A stretch of DNA of 64,000 nucleotides from Nemertoderma westbladi (GCA_032718475.1 JAUCBJ010007526.1:44980-108979); one strand, 5' to 3'; shown: positions 38,194-51,159, counted from the first letter of the stretch. Notes: generated from the sequence alone by a model not told the origin. Program-made: numbers and translations.

Positions 38194-39076
38194 GTTAAGT
38201 TACATGTCGTCCCTAACTCCAAGACACATAACAGAATATCGCCTGTACTTTTTCTCATATTGTTTCATTTTTTCTTTATCTTATTAAAGGAGACCGGGTA
38301 CTACAGTAATTGATGCAAATCCCATCTCGGCAAATTAGTATCCACCCTCTGCGAATCAACAATTTTACAGTATTAGACTTATCAATTAAATGAAAGGAGC
38401 AGGTTACAGTGGTATGTTTTTCTAACCAAAACAATAAACGGAAAGTCTATGTTCAATTTTACTGCTATCCCCCAGAGGAGCGTTCAATTTTGATTGGGTC
38501 AAGAGTCCCTTGTACGGTACACCCCTCCTCCCATAGATAGATTGGCTTAAGATATAATCTACTACTGTATAATGCAAAGATGGAGTATTATTAGCCTAAC
38601 TTAGAAATAAAGTCGGCAGCAGCCCTATTGGGTTTCCACCTATTGCGGGTAGTAAAGGATAGTTCCGGTAACGGATTCCGAACATCTCCATGGATATGGA
38701 TATATACAGTATACTATGTGGCGGTAGTCGTAGGCCTAATACCGGGATACGCAGTTAGAATAATGGGGGAAGTAATGAAAATGGAACCCTCCTATTGACT
38801 TTCGTTTATTGTTTTGGTTAGAATAACTTGCCACTGTAACCTCGGACTTTATATAGTTTTAATTAGGAACATTTTTAAGCGCCTTGAAATATGCCCAGTA
38901 AGGCGCTATATAAATATATATTATTATTTATTATTATTTATTAACACTATTAATTCGCCATTAATTAATTTGCATCAATAGTCCCTATCTGCTCTATATC
39001 TATTAATTTTCATTCACACTATAATACGACTTGTCGAGGCAAATAATATAATTAATTAATCCTAATTAATATTTAG

Positions 39077-39292
39077 GACTGTAGTGGTGCGCCTAGCCTC
39101 CCTCGGTGTCGTTATTATATCGCTATACGGCGCGGCACAATGCGACGACACTGAGCGGGACCCAACGTGCCACAACTGTATCAAAGGGAAGGCCTGCTGG
39201 GAGACACACTTCGGCCAAGAGATGTACCGTCTACTTATCATGAATTTTGCCGTTACTATATTGTGGGCAAATTTTCAGGAATATACGCACAA
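39077..39292 (+). CDS. TMC7: TMC7-like transmembrane channel protein, internal exon F (start of TMC domain)
   Basis: Encodes TVVVRLASLGVVIISLY...CWETHFGQEMYRLLIMNF...QEYTH(K), with the CWET..GQE signature of TMC proteins. AA|GTTAGT donor in phase 2. Confidence 0.95.
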
Positions 39293-39529
39293 GTTAGTAA
39301 AACTGTAAATATATTATTATAGCCGCAATGCAGAGTCTGTCAAAATAACTTACATTACAATATAACATCAAGTCAATCTTTATAAATGAGCAGCTTATTG
39401 TTGGCCATATATCTTCGCCAGTTTTGTTTGTAGGGAGCTGGTTTTGGGCTTATTCCGTTCGGGATATAACAATTTTATTTAAAGCCAATTCCAATTTTAT
39501 TATTTTTTCGTATTAAAAAAACTCTGTGA

Positions 39530-40100
39530 AAAACCTGCAGTTCCGTTCAAGTGTCAAGCTGGGGTAGACTAATGGAGTATAGTATAGTTGTATATAGACT
39601 ATTTTACAAACAACCAGGCCTACTACATTATAATATAGACTAATGGTTGTACAGTATAGTGTCTGATTGGAGATGTGTACATTGTACTTGATACAATGAA
39701 CCCGGCGCAGCATTCTTGAAAAAGTGCCATCCAGAGATTTGGTGTCCTCATCAGCAGTTAGAGCCCAGCATGGACTCCCATATAAGAGTACTGTGAACTG
39801 GTACTACTACTGCCATAAATAATCGAACCTTAAGGTTCCGTGTTATTCTGTGGGACTTCCAAATCTTGTACAGACTATTTAACGCTGCCTATGCATTCCC
39901 CTTACGTATCTGAAGGTAGCGTACGCACCTGACTTTCTGATACATGATCCCAAGTAGCAGAAGTCATCCACGTTCTCAAGCAAGCCATCCTTAGAGCTTA
40001 TGCATTTACGATCATACATTTCTTGAGGGCTGTCTTGGTTCACTGTCATAATTTTGGTCTACTTGGAATTTATAGAAAGACCAACACTATAGAAGCAACC
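39530..40100 (-). mobile_element. Degenerate RTE family B-related fragment
   Basis: Contains MLRRVHCIKYNVHISNQTLY and CYLGS-like motifs colinear with 42428-43495. Confidence 0.75.
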
Positions 40101-40375
40101 TGCTTCAGAAGTGAACTAAACATACAGACCCCACAAATTAATCCAACCACAAGGGTCCGTCTGCTACCACAAATGCAATAGTTTCTTGGAGACATTGACA
40201 ATAAATAACTGATGTACTTTTATCACATCTTACGAAACATTTAACCCTTTGCGTACGAACCCTTAAAAAAGGCGGCACACTGCCGCCTTTTACATTCTAA
40301 ATAATTTAGGACCATGCGTATGAATCAGCAGTGTGCTGCCCTTATATAATTATAACTTAACCCCCAGGGCGGCAG

Positions 40376-40949
40376 TATACGATGGTTGATCTATACGTTG
40401 AACTGAATATACTCAGATCAGTATAAGATGGTTCGACTGGTTCGGTTGTGTCTTCTGTTGGCGGTAACACAGAACCATGGGAGACACCAGTGTCCTCAGG
40501 TGTCCTCCAGGGAGACACACTTGCTTGCACCATTCTTGTTCATAATTGTGGTTGACTATGTTCTACGCATGTCTTTAGATCATCATAATGATGATGGGGT
40601 GATGATAACTTCACCTACTGGCTCCAGAAGCCGATGAAATCCTGCCAAGTACCTAACTGATCTAGACTTTGCTGATGACTTAGGAGTACTCTCTGAATCA
40701 CTAGAGGGAGCCCAACGGCTCCTCAGCTCTTTAGAACAGGCTGGTTCTACTGTGGTGACTACTATTTTGACAGTTAACTTTGAAAGTCCTCAGCAAGTCT
40801 CTGACCGGATGAACATAAGCTCAAAGGATGATATGCTTGACAATGTGGACGACTTCTGTTACCTGGGATCATGGATCCGGAAGTCAGGTGAGGACCTTCG
40901 AAAACGTAAGGGAAAGGCGTGAGCAACGTGGCATAGGCTTTCCATGGAT
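40376..40949 (+). mobile_element. RTE family B copy, 5' half (split element)
   Basis: Encodes GDT/LAPFLFIIVVDYVLRMSLDHH, DLDFADDL and YLGSWIRKSGEDLRKRKGKA. It begins right after the TSD AGGGCGGCAG (40366-40375). Confidence 0.88.
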
Positions 40950-40959
40950 AGATCTTTTC

Positions 40960-41746
40960 ACAGAACACAAGCGAACACAGTAGAACACACCCGAACACAC
41001 TCCAAAAACAACCGGACACAATCGAATACAGTCGAAAATAGAAAGAGCACAAAAAAATACCACCGGGCACCAACTTTTAGATAAAAATAGCCACGCGTTG
41101 CTTTTCCATAAGAAAATTCCCGAAATTATTGAATAAAATTGTCGCTAAATTAAATATCATTTCTTATCAGCAGGCCAGCCTAAGCCGACAACTAATAATT
41201 TAACATAGTAGTAGGCCTAAGTTAAGTGTGGTTACCACCGGGACAGAGATCCCTACCGGTACCTGCCAAGGTAGGTACCTAACCGGGACCCAGCTCTTTA
41301 TATCCCAGTGCAGCAGTAGGCAGGTATCTACCGGTACCGGTACCTATGTTGCCTAATATCCTAAGGTACTTAATTCACATCCTCAGCAATCAGTCCCAGA
41401 CCAAGCTATTCCAGAACACAGGCACAGGCCTATTAGCTAACCCGCTATTACAGTACTAAATATGTGACAGGTACGGTACCCGGTAGGATTCCCTACATAG
41501 TTTGTTATACAGTACAGCAGTACTCATCAAAATGATAGGCCTACCTGATAAAAATTAATATTTAATTTCGCGACAATGTTATTCAATAAATTCGGAAATT
41601 TTCTTATATGTAGAAAAGCAACGCGTTGCTAATTTTATCTAAAAGTTGGTACCCGGTGTTATTTTTTTGTGGTCTTTCTATTTTCGAGTGTGTTCGGCAC
41701 TTTTTAGAGTGTGTTTGTGTGTGTTTGGGGGTGTTTGTAGAACCCC
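40960..41746. mobile_element. Foldback/MITE with ~200-bp inverted arms
   Basis: 40960-41175 (…CGAAAATAGAAAGAGCACAAAAAAATACCACCGGGCACCAACTTTTAGATAAAA…) is the imperfect reverse complement of 41540-41746. Confidence 0.8.
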
Positions 41747-42384
41747 TAAAGGTCTAACTACACAGCAGCTTTTTAGGCTAAAGTGCTAACTTTTTTAAAG
41801 TGCTAACTTAAAGTGATAACCAAACCTGCCAAATGAATTCTAAAGACATGATTGGTGCAAATTTGCTTTCAGTTTGGCTGTTAGCACTTCAAAGGTTTTG
41901 CAAACTCGGACATGTGTATGTGTAAATTGCGATGCGCCCCCTAGCGTCTCATGTGTGCATCAATATATTGGCAGAATCTTCTATAGTGCTAACTTTGTGT
42001 GTAAATGTTAGCAGTATAATAATATAAAAGTAAAGTTACTATAGTGCTAACTGCACTGTGTAAATGTTAGCAGTATAATATTTTAAGAGTAAATTGGATA
42101 TAGTGCTAACCTAAGTGTGAAAATTTTGGCAGTTATAATGAACAAAAATCACATAATGAAAATATATAAAAGTTAAACTGTAAAAGACAATTTAAAATCA
42201 TTGAATTACTATTAATATCGTTTTAGGACTCTACGTAGGTACAATACTGTATGACAAAATAAACAAGTAACCATCACTTTTTGCACTTGGAGATGTCCAG
42301 TTCCCTTTTTTATTCATTCCGTTGGATTCAGAACAGATGATTTTCAATTGGTGCTCAAATTTGGTACTAACACCAAAATTTAAC

Positions 42385-43383
42385 TACTACTACTACTAGG
42401 ATCGGCATGCTGCATTGCAGCTGCATTTTAAGAATGCTGTGCCGGCTTGTCAACAAAATTGCGCCGCCACAACTCCCTATCACCCATGACATTTGCTAGA
42501 TCATCCGCATCTTTAAGGCCAGTGTCCTTTAAGATGCGTCTCAAGAAAGTCATGGGCTGTCCACCATGCTTATTCACTCCATGAGGCTGCCAAAGTACAA
42601 GATTATGCACTGGCTGGTCCTCACGGCGAAAGCAATGCCCTGCAAAGCGGAGGCGATTTTGTTCTAGTGTCAAGCTTGGGGGAACCAATGAGACACCTCC
42701 AATGTTATATAGTGTCTGGTTGGAGATGTGTGCATTGTACTTGACACAATGTACCCGGCGTAGCATTCTTGTGAATGTGCCATCCAGAGATTTGGTGTCC
42801 TCAGCAGTTAGAGCCCAGCATGGACTCCCGTAGAGGAGTACTGGAACTACTGCTGCTCTAAATAATTGGACCTTAAGTTTCCGATTAATTCTAGGTGACT
42901 TCCAAATCCTGGAAAGCCTATTCAAGGCTGCCCATGCCTTTCCCTTACGTATTCGAAGGTCCTCACCTGACTTCCGGATCCATGATCCCAGGTAACAGAA
43001 GTCGTCCACATGCTCAAGCATACCATCCTTTGAGCTTATGCTCATCCGATCAGAGACTTGCTGAGGACTTTCAAAGTTAACTGTCAGAATTTTGGTCTTT
43101 CTGGAGTTAATAAAAAGACCAACACTAGAAGCAGCATGTTCTAATGAGCTGAGGAGCCGCTGGGCTCCCTCTAATGATTCTGAGAGTACTCCTAAGTCAT
43201 CAGCAAAGTCTAGATCAGTTAGGTACTTGGCAGGATTTCCTCGACTTCTGGAGCCAGTAGGTGGAGTTATCATCACCCCATCATCATTATGATGATCTAA
43301 GGACATGCGTAGAACATAGTCAACCACAATAATGAACAAGAATGGTGCAAGTGTGTCTCCTTGGAGGACGCCCCATAACACTT
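42385..43383 (-). mobile_element. RTE family B, young 5'-truncated copy (~1 kb) with intact frame
   Basis: Open RT C-terminal frame GVLQGDTLAP...DFADDL...YLGSWI...RFAGHCFRR with a (TAG)n tail. TSD CAAAATTTAAC at 42374-42384 and 43384-43394. Confidence 0.95.
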
Positions 43384-43769
43384 CAAAATTTAACACCAGA
43401 ATAATAACAAGTTTCAAATCTCCAGTACATTTTTCCGAAGAATTCTGAACCCCCCAAGTCCGTGGACAAAAAATAGAGATGACGGTATGGTACAATTCAT
43501 AAGTTCTATATCTTGAAAAGGTTTTTTTTGAAAAGTTGTAAGTTCAGATTCCGAACTCTGTTTGATTGAGAAACATAATTGATAAAACCACGGGTCGTAT
43601 TACCCCCCACATCCTCCGGGTTTGATAGGGTTAAGTATGATGGCTTAATAACATTTATTGATATTATTCAGAGTCGAATACTAAACTTCATGTGACTGAC
43701 ATGGTAATTTTGAATAACAATAATAGGCAGTATTTATTTTTATCACGTTACAGTTAATGGTTAATTAAT

Positions 43770-46700
43770 TTATCTTTTACGTTTCCTGATTCGGTTATAT
43801 ATTTGATGGTAAATATGCCGCCATGGGATACTACCAAGAATACTGTGCTCTCTTTGAATTTGCTCTATTTTCTCCTTTTTGGGCGGCGTCATATTAAGTA
43901 GGTTTTTCTCAAAGCACCTCTCTATTGACTTTAACTCTTTCTTGGACCAATTTCGCTTTTCCATCGGTTTTGATTTCTCCCTACGCTTCTTTGTAGTCCT
44001 AGGCAACTTCTCTTTTTGGCAACCATCATTCAACATAGGCAATATATCCAACACCACTGGTAACCCCAACCTATTTATAGAAAATAACATTATTCGAATC
44101 TAATTAGAAAGACTATAACAAGCCTTAATATCATCCTTAATATCATTGTAATGGTAAGTGCGAAACTATATGATATGATTTTCTAAGGTATCCTCTGGGT
44201 TTCAAAATTTTAATATTTTTGAACTGAAGTGAATTTTTGTCTGGTTTTAAATTTTTAAAGAACCAATAATTGCTTCTGACTGAGATCGCTAAATTTGTTA
44301 ATATTGTATTAGTTTCAAATATTTTCTATTAAATCTTCTATCAATTTATATTTTCTTAGTGATACAATCTTTCTGACAATTCCAATTCCAATTCCAATTA
44401 TATTAGTATTACCAACCTCCCTCTCGAATTCATTTAGGACATCATATTCATCTACATTTATCTTTCCGTCTTCCTCGCGATCTATACTGTGAACTATACT
44501 TGGAACCTCTTCAGTTTCACCAGGTATCTCTTCTCCATTTCGAACCTGTTCGTCTTCCTCCTCTATATCGGACAACACATCTTCTAATGAGATTTCTGTC
44601 ATCTTTTTACCAGCGGATTTGTTTAGTTTTCCTTTACTAATATTTGGCTGATTTCAATGACATTGTCGTGGAGTCTGTAAACTTGTTGGTGTATCATGGG
44701 TGAGTGCAGTAGTTATATGCAGTGCACTAGTATGCACTTATATGCAGTAGTTATAGTGCAGTGGTTGTGTGTTATAGTAGGTCATGGTGAGTGCCCCAAA
44801 TGTCGGCTCAGCCAATCTTTCTCATTTTCATAAGTTTAATAATTGGCAGACAGTGGCGCAGTACTTTCTTAATATTGTGCTTCTGATCAATTCAGGTTGT
44901 TTTAATTCATAACGATAAGCATATTTGTGCAATATATCCAGCCCTCTTATTGGATTAGCGCCAGTAGACTTGGAGACATATTCATTGTCATCCAAATTCT
45001 CACAAAGGTACAGCAACAGAATTCGTACCTGTGGTGTTATTAGGATCGGAACTGGTCTTCCTTGCTTCCCCAATATTGTTATCGTGCCAATCCGTTTAAT
45101 AAGCTGTTTTTCAATGTCTGATAATTTGGAGATAACCTCCTTGGGTGTTTGAGCAGTGGGGTCCCTTGTCCCTATTTAGACCATTTAAGACTGTGTGGCA
45201 TTTAATGCCACCTGGTTCACTAGCTCGCTTGCTGTTGAAGATGATAATTTGAGCAAGAACTATCTCCTGCGTATGTCTATAATTTCGACATTCTTTATCC
45301 ATGGACGATATTTTAAGAATATCTTCATTGACTCGTTTGTGAAATAATACAATATCTTCAGTTAGTGGTATGGTTTGAACTTTATTAAACCGTTCTTTTA
45401 TAATTCCATGCCGGGCACGCCGCGACACTATAGACCCCCATTCCTTCTCATACAGCGTCAAGAAATCAGTTGACCGTGTTTGCATCATAGTATTGTTTGT
45501 TTTGATTGCATTACAATGAATCACACCAGCGAGGGCCTTTAAGTTATAACCGATTTTCAGCTGTGTGACCTTTACAAAGTTTAAAGTAACACAATCAGAG
45601 ACCCTATCAAAATTTGCAGGATTTATCATATCCTGCGCCTGGAATCGAAAATTATCTCTTTGCAGTAAGTTCAACAACCGAGCCAAGCGTCTTAAGGTCT
45701 GTTGGGAAGATGAAAGACTCTCATCACCATCTCTTCTTCTCTTTAGAAAAAATTTAGCCAACTCGACAAATGATGTGTCACTCTTGAGTATATCAAGTAT
45801 TACATCCTGGCGCATGCTGGCATATAAGGAGCGAAGTTCACTGCTCTCATCAAACTGGACCATATCTAAAGCGCGACCAGCGATTAAGGATCCCACATGA
45901 GATGCACCAGCAGGTTTTAATGTACATTTTTTCGAATGCAGACTCAGCTGATGAGAACGAAAAGAGGCTTTACAAAATGGGCAACTTGTTACTTGATCTG
46001 TATTTGTGGATTGTATTATTGCGTTTGAATTTTTTATATGACCATCTCGCCTTTTTACAGCAATGATTCGTATGCTTTCGAACACTGTTATTATGCTCGA
46101 AATTACCCTCATTGCGAAGAAGTTCAATAATATCCTGTCTTTTCTTGAAAAGTGTTTGCTCAGCTAAAGAGAATTCCTTTATCTTTTTCTTGAATTCAAT
46201 TCCTTTATCAATATCAATTAATTGATTAACATGCGACTCTTCACTATGTATTTGCTTGAAATGTCTTACCAAGTTAGTCTGTGGAAGAGTACAATAGCGA
46301 CAATACTGCACTTTAACACCTCGATTGGATAAAACACTATCTACACAGATGGCGGCTGGTTCTTCAGAAACGTAAGATGTCATTTTAGGTTTGGTTAAAA
46401 TCATTTCAGCTGGAATGGATAATTCGCGACCACTCCATGAAAGGAACTGCGCCAGTTCTATATCCCCGCCACCGGAACCCTCCTTGTAGTGCTCCAGTTC
46501 TATATCCACGGCACCGGCACCCTCCTTGTAGTGCTCCAGTTCTATATCCACGGCACCGGCACCCTCCTTGTAGTGCTCCAGTTCTATATCCCCGGCACCG
46601 GCACCCTCCATGTAGTGCTCCAGTTCTATATCCCCGGCACCGGCACCCTCCTTGTAGTGCTCCAGTTCTACATCCACGGCACCGGAACCCTCCTTGTAGT

Positions 46701-47754
46701 GCTCCAGTTCTATATCCTCGCCACCAGCACCCTCCTTGTAGTGCTCCAGTTCTATATCCACGGCACCGGCACCCTCCTTGTAGTGCTCCAGTTCTATATC
46801 CACGGCACCGGTACCCTCCTTGTAGTGCTCCAGTTCTATATCCCCGCCACCGGAACCCTCCTTGTAGTGCTCCAGTTCTATATCCCCGGCACCGGCACCC
46901 TCCTTGTAGTGCTCCAGTTCTATATCCCCGGCACCGGCACCCTCCTTGTAGTGCTCCAGTTCTATATCCCCGGCACCGGCAGCCTCCTTGTAGTGCTCCA
47001 GTTCTATATCCCCGCCACCGGCACCCTCCTTGTTGTGCTCCAGTTCTATATCCCCGCCACCGGAACCCTCCTTGTAGTGCTCCAGTTCTATATCCTCGCC
47101 ACCAGCACCCTCCTTGTAGTGCTCCAGTTCTATATCCCCGGCACCGGCACCCTCCTTGTAGTGCTCCAGTTCTATATCCCCGGCACCGGCACCCTCCTTG
47201 TAGTGCTCCAGTCCTATATCCCCGCCACCGGCACCCTCCTTGTAGTGCTCCAGTTCTATATCCCCGCCACCGGAACCCTCCTTGTAGTGCTCCAGTTCTA
47301 TATCCCCGCCACCGGAACCCTCCTTGTAGTGCTCCAGTTCTATATCCACGGCACCGGCACCCGCCTTGTAGTGCTCCAGTTCTATATCCACGGCACCAGC
47401 ACCCTCCTTGTAGTGCTCCAGTTCTATATCCACGGCACCAGCACCCTCCTTGTAATGCTCCAGTTCTATATCCCCATCACCAGAACCTTCCTTGTAGTGC
47501 TCCAGTTCTATATCCCTGTCACTGGCAACCTCCTTATTGTGCCCCAACTCAATATCATGCGACCCATCACATGAATGCAGCTCTTCTCTGATACCTTTCT
47601 CATTCAGCCGAGTCAAATCTGCGGCGAAATCCTTGTAGCCTCCTTTACATCGCCTTCTAAGAGGGTAAACTTTCCGTGCGACATATGGTTGAAAAGTCGA
47701 CTTCTCCAAAGCCAATTGTACAAGTCGCTTGCCACGATTACTATTATTATTCAT
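43770..47754 (-). pseudogene. Disrupted tyrosine-recombinase gene of a Crypton-like DNA transposon
   Basis: Pieces in order: YCRYC..NLVRHFKQIH, LLRNEGNFEHN, CPFC...HSKKC, LKIGYNLK, IPLTEDI, LAQIIIFNSKRASE (catalytic Arg), GKQGRPVPILITP, STILRKYCAT, HLGHSPMIHQQVYRL (His/Tyr box) and a C-terminal WSKKE...W..I..IYN Myb-like module. At least three frameshifts and an insertion disrupt it. Confidence 0.85.
46450..47560. repeat. 39-bp in-frame coding minisatellite (13-aa GDIELEHYKEGAG-like unit), about 28 copies
   Basis: The unit CCTCCTTGTAGTGCTCCAGTTCTATATCCCCGGCACCGGCAC repeats in tandem inside the recombinase N-terminus. Confidence 0.97.
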
Positions 47755-48344
47755 TAAATTATATTGTATATGAAATTATTACTTCAAATTAATTGTTCTC
47801 TAGCCAAATCTATCAAATTTATCGAATCTATCAAACTGGTATACATATAATAATATAGATGATACAAATTACTATCCAAGCTAGAAACAACACTAAGGCA
47901 GTGTAAAAAAAGACCTATATAGTACACATTTTAGTATTTATTTGATGTTTATAAATTTCCAAATGGTGGTAAAGCGCAAATTGGGGGGTGGGGAAGGTGT
48001 TATTCGATGAGTCTCATTTGTGCTTATTTGGGAGTGACGTTTATTCAAGACAGGGTGCTTTTTCGAATAAATGGCAAACTTTTATAAGAGCCATCCTGAT
48101 ATTTGGTTTCTCATCAGCTGAAGACACACCCGCAGTCGGGGTAAATATTTGTCGGGGGGAATTAATCCCAGCATTAACTCCTATGTAGGAGCTCTGGTTC
48201 AACTGCTGCCCTAAGTAATCGACCTTTGGGATTCCGTTTTATTATTTTGGGACTACAAATCCTGGACAGACTATTTAACGTATCCTACTATTTGCCCCCC
48301 CGCCCCCCTGGCCAGCCAAAACAGCCAGACATGCTGAACTATCC

Positions 48345-48881
48345 GCTTTCTAGGATTTGGAAGTCACATAGAATTAATCGAAAACTTAAGGTCCGATTAT
48401 TTAGAGAAACAGTAGTTCCAGTACTCCTCTATGGGAGTCCATGCTGGGATCTAACCGCTGAGGACACCAATCTCTGGAGGGCACATTCACAAGAATGCTA
48501 CGCCGGGTTCACTGTGTCAAGTACAATGCACACATCTCCAACCAGACACTATATAACATTGGAGGTGTCTCATTGGTTCCCCCAAGCTTGACACTAGAAC
48601 AAAGCCGCCTCCGCTTTGCACGTTTGCAGAATATTGGTTAGGCCGTGAAGACCAGCCAGTGCATAATCTTGTGCTTTGGCAGCCTAATGGAGTGAATAAG
48701 CATGGTGGACAGCCCATGACTTTCTTGAGACGCATCTTAAAGGACACTGGCCTTGAAGATGCGGATGATCTAGCAAATGTCATGGGTGATAGGGAATTGT
48801 GGCGGCGCAATTTTGTCGGCAAGCCGGCACAGCATTCTTAAAAATGCAGCTGCAATGCAGCATGTCGATCCTAGTAGTAGT
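48345..48881 (+). mobile_element. RTE family B copy, 3' half (split element)
   Basis: Starts at LSRIWKSHRINRKLKV, where the 40376-40949 half stops. Ends in the family B 3' UTR and TAGTAGTAG, followed by the TSD AGGGCGGCAG (48882-48891). Confidence 0.9.
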
Positions 48882-50328
48882 AGGGCGGCAGAGTTTCGCC
48901 TTTATATAAAACCTCCTATAACTTTCTTAAAAGTATTGGGGCGGGAAAATGGAGTTTATATACGAATTGGGCAGGAAAACTGGTCTAGAAAAGTTTATTC
49001 AATATTGATTGAAAGGATTCCTATTGGTTAGAGGGTATTTTAAATTACATAATTTTTGCAATTTAATTTCAATTTTGCCAATAATTTTGTTACAAAAAAT
49101 TAAGGCGATAGTGTGCCGCCCATGGGGTTCAATTCAAATGAAAGATTAAAAAATTTCGTAAATGGTTAATGGCGGCAGCGTGCCGCCTTTTAGGGTAGGA
49201 TTATGTTAGGGTTGCTATGCCGCGAATTAAAAACAAAGACATCCATTCGAAACCAGCAATTATTGCTCTATTTCCAATAGAGTGCGAAATCTTGATTGTT
49301 GAAACACAATTTTGAATTTCACTAATAATAATAACAATACACAATAAGAAAAAATACCAAAATAATAGAAGTGGAAGTGGATTTGAATAAAATCGATATA
49401 TCCAGAACAGAAAGAGTCCAAAATCAGTTTCCTACGATCAAAACTCATGATGTTATGGCCAAAAATATGCTGCAATGCACTTTACATTTATATAGTTTCT
49501 ATAAAGCAAATTTATATTACTGTACGTATTTCTGATTACGTATTTTATATTACGTATTTCCGATGTTCTATACGTTCTTTCTTTATTGGTTGTTTGGGGG
49601 GTGGGTTTCTTAGGTTTCTACGTAATGTAGAATCCAATAATACCTATATACTAACTGCTTCAGAAAACATCCTTCCTGTCTGTGTTCTTTATGAGTCACA
49701 ACACAGCTGATATATGTGCCCTTTATACCCATTGGTTGTTAAAAAATGACGTCTTCTGTTTATTTGGGTACTGAATCAAGGGATTATTCTTGCGTGATTA
49801 ACTTATTATACGTAATGTGTGAGTGAGATTTATAGGCATACGTTAGCAGATTTGTTTTAAACAGAACGATTAAATAGTAGATTTAATTAAAATCCAAAAC
49901 TCGTGAAGTTATGGCCAAAAATAAGCTGCTGTCTAATAAAAAAAATATGAACTTTAGTAGAAACAATTATTCACTCCGAACCGAACTCCCACTCAGTTGG
50001 CATTATTAACCATAACAGTGTACGGTAACTAATATAGGCCTATCTAATTTATATTACAGTGATAACATTATTAGACATTCATTTTAATTTATATGACATG
50101 CAGTTTGTCATGTTGCGGTAGTAACCATTACAGTCAGTCCACTGGACTGGACGTAGGCCTATCTGCGAAAAATGTGAAATAGGGCCTAAACCTAACACCT
50201 AAAGTCAGAAAGCTACTGCAGTACTGAGCTTGAGCTACCGTAAAAATATCGCAGATTATTTCTATATACCGGTTGCGTACCGCAACCGCAGCACCTCATG
50301 GAGTATTAGAACACTAGAATATCGGAAG

Positions 50329-50871
50329 ATGGACGACGAATTCGCCGTTGTTGCCGGTCCAGATTCGGACCGAGGTTCCGCAACTCCGAGCGAATCCGAC
50401 GAAATAGCCGGGATATTCCCGGACGACGAGTTCCTACCGCCTCCCGTCCGAGTCCCGTCGCCGCCGGGGGCCTGCTCTTTAGACTACTACCCCGCCCAGC
50501 AGCCCCTCCCACCACCCCATCCAGTCCCAGACAACCACAGAGGCTCGCAGTCCAGCTGCAACCCCGGTTCCGACACCGACCGCTCCCAACTCTTCCAGAC
50601 GCATTGCGTCGAGGCGTTTATTAAAATGAAGCAACTCCGGGATTCCAACCAACTCTGCGACGTAGTTCTGCGCACCGGGGACCGCGAGATTCACGCCCAC
50701 AGACTGGTCCTCGCGGCGTGCAGCCCCTACTTCCACTCGATGTTCACGCTCGATATGTCGGAGAAGAACAAGAACACCGTAGAACTGCGGGAAATAGACC
50801 CCGTTGCTTTGGAGATACTCGTAGAGTTTGCATACACGGCTGAACTCCTCATCACAGAGCAACTTGTACAG
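50329..50871 (+). CDS. KLHL17: Kelch-like protein 17 (actinfilin) exon 1: Pro-rich N-terminus and BTB domain
   Basis: ATG at 50329 (MDDEF...). BTB motifs LCDVVL, IHAHRLVLAACSPYFHSMFT and LVEFAYTA. CAG|GTAGGT donor in phase 0. Confidence 0.9.
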
Positions 50872-51159
50872 GTAGGTTTCGTTTCAATTAAAAAGTTTCA
50901 GGCCTATACAATTAATTTTCAACTCCACATAAATTACTGAAATATAATAGGGTAAACTGGGGTAATTTGGGACATGGGGGAATTTGGGACAGGCTGGGGT
51001 AATTTGGGACAAGTCTTTTCTTGTAGGCAGTGGGGTTTGGTGGGTTGTTTAAATTATGGGCCTACACTTAGCTTCATACTTTCTCTAGCTCTTTTAAATT
51101 CTGTAGGGCTGTCGGGTAGACTAGCCGTCACAGGTAAGTCGCAAGTGTAAGGTGTTCGC

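Larger units (their letters stand above)
40243..49213. mobile_element. MITE-like element (piggyBac-like TTAACCCT end), about 470 bp when inserts are removed, hosting an 8.5-kb nested stack
   Basis: Left arm (40243-40375) AACCC...AAAAGGCGGCACACTGCCGCC...AACCCCCAGGGCGGCAG. The reverse complement of the right arm (48882-49213) reads AACCC...AAAAGGCGGCACGCTGCCGCC...AACCCCATGGGCGGCAC, forming imperfect long TIRs. Confidence 0.6.

Noticed and set aside
43395-43495. N-terminal extension of the 355-aa RT ORF
   Set aside because: It lies outside the TSD at 43384-43394, so it is flanking DNA fortuitously in frame.
46437-47591. Two + strand repeat ORFs (384 and 361 aa)
   Set aside because: They are antisense shadows of the 39-bp repeat. 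Only the - frame continues into recognisable recombinase motifs.
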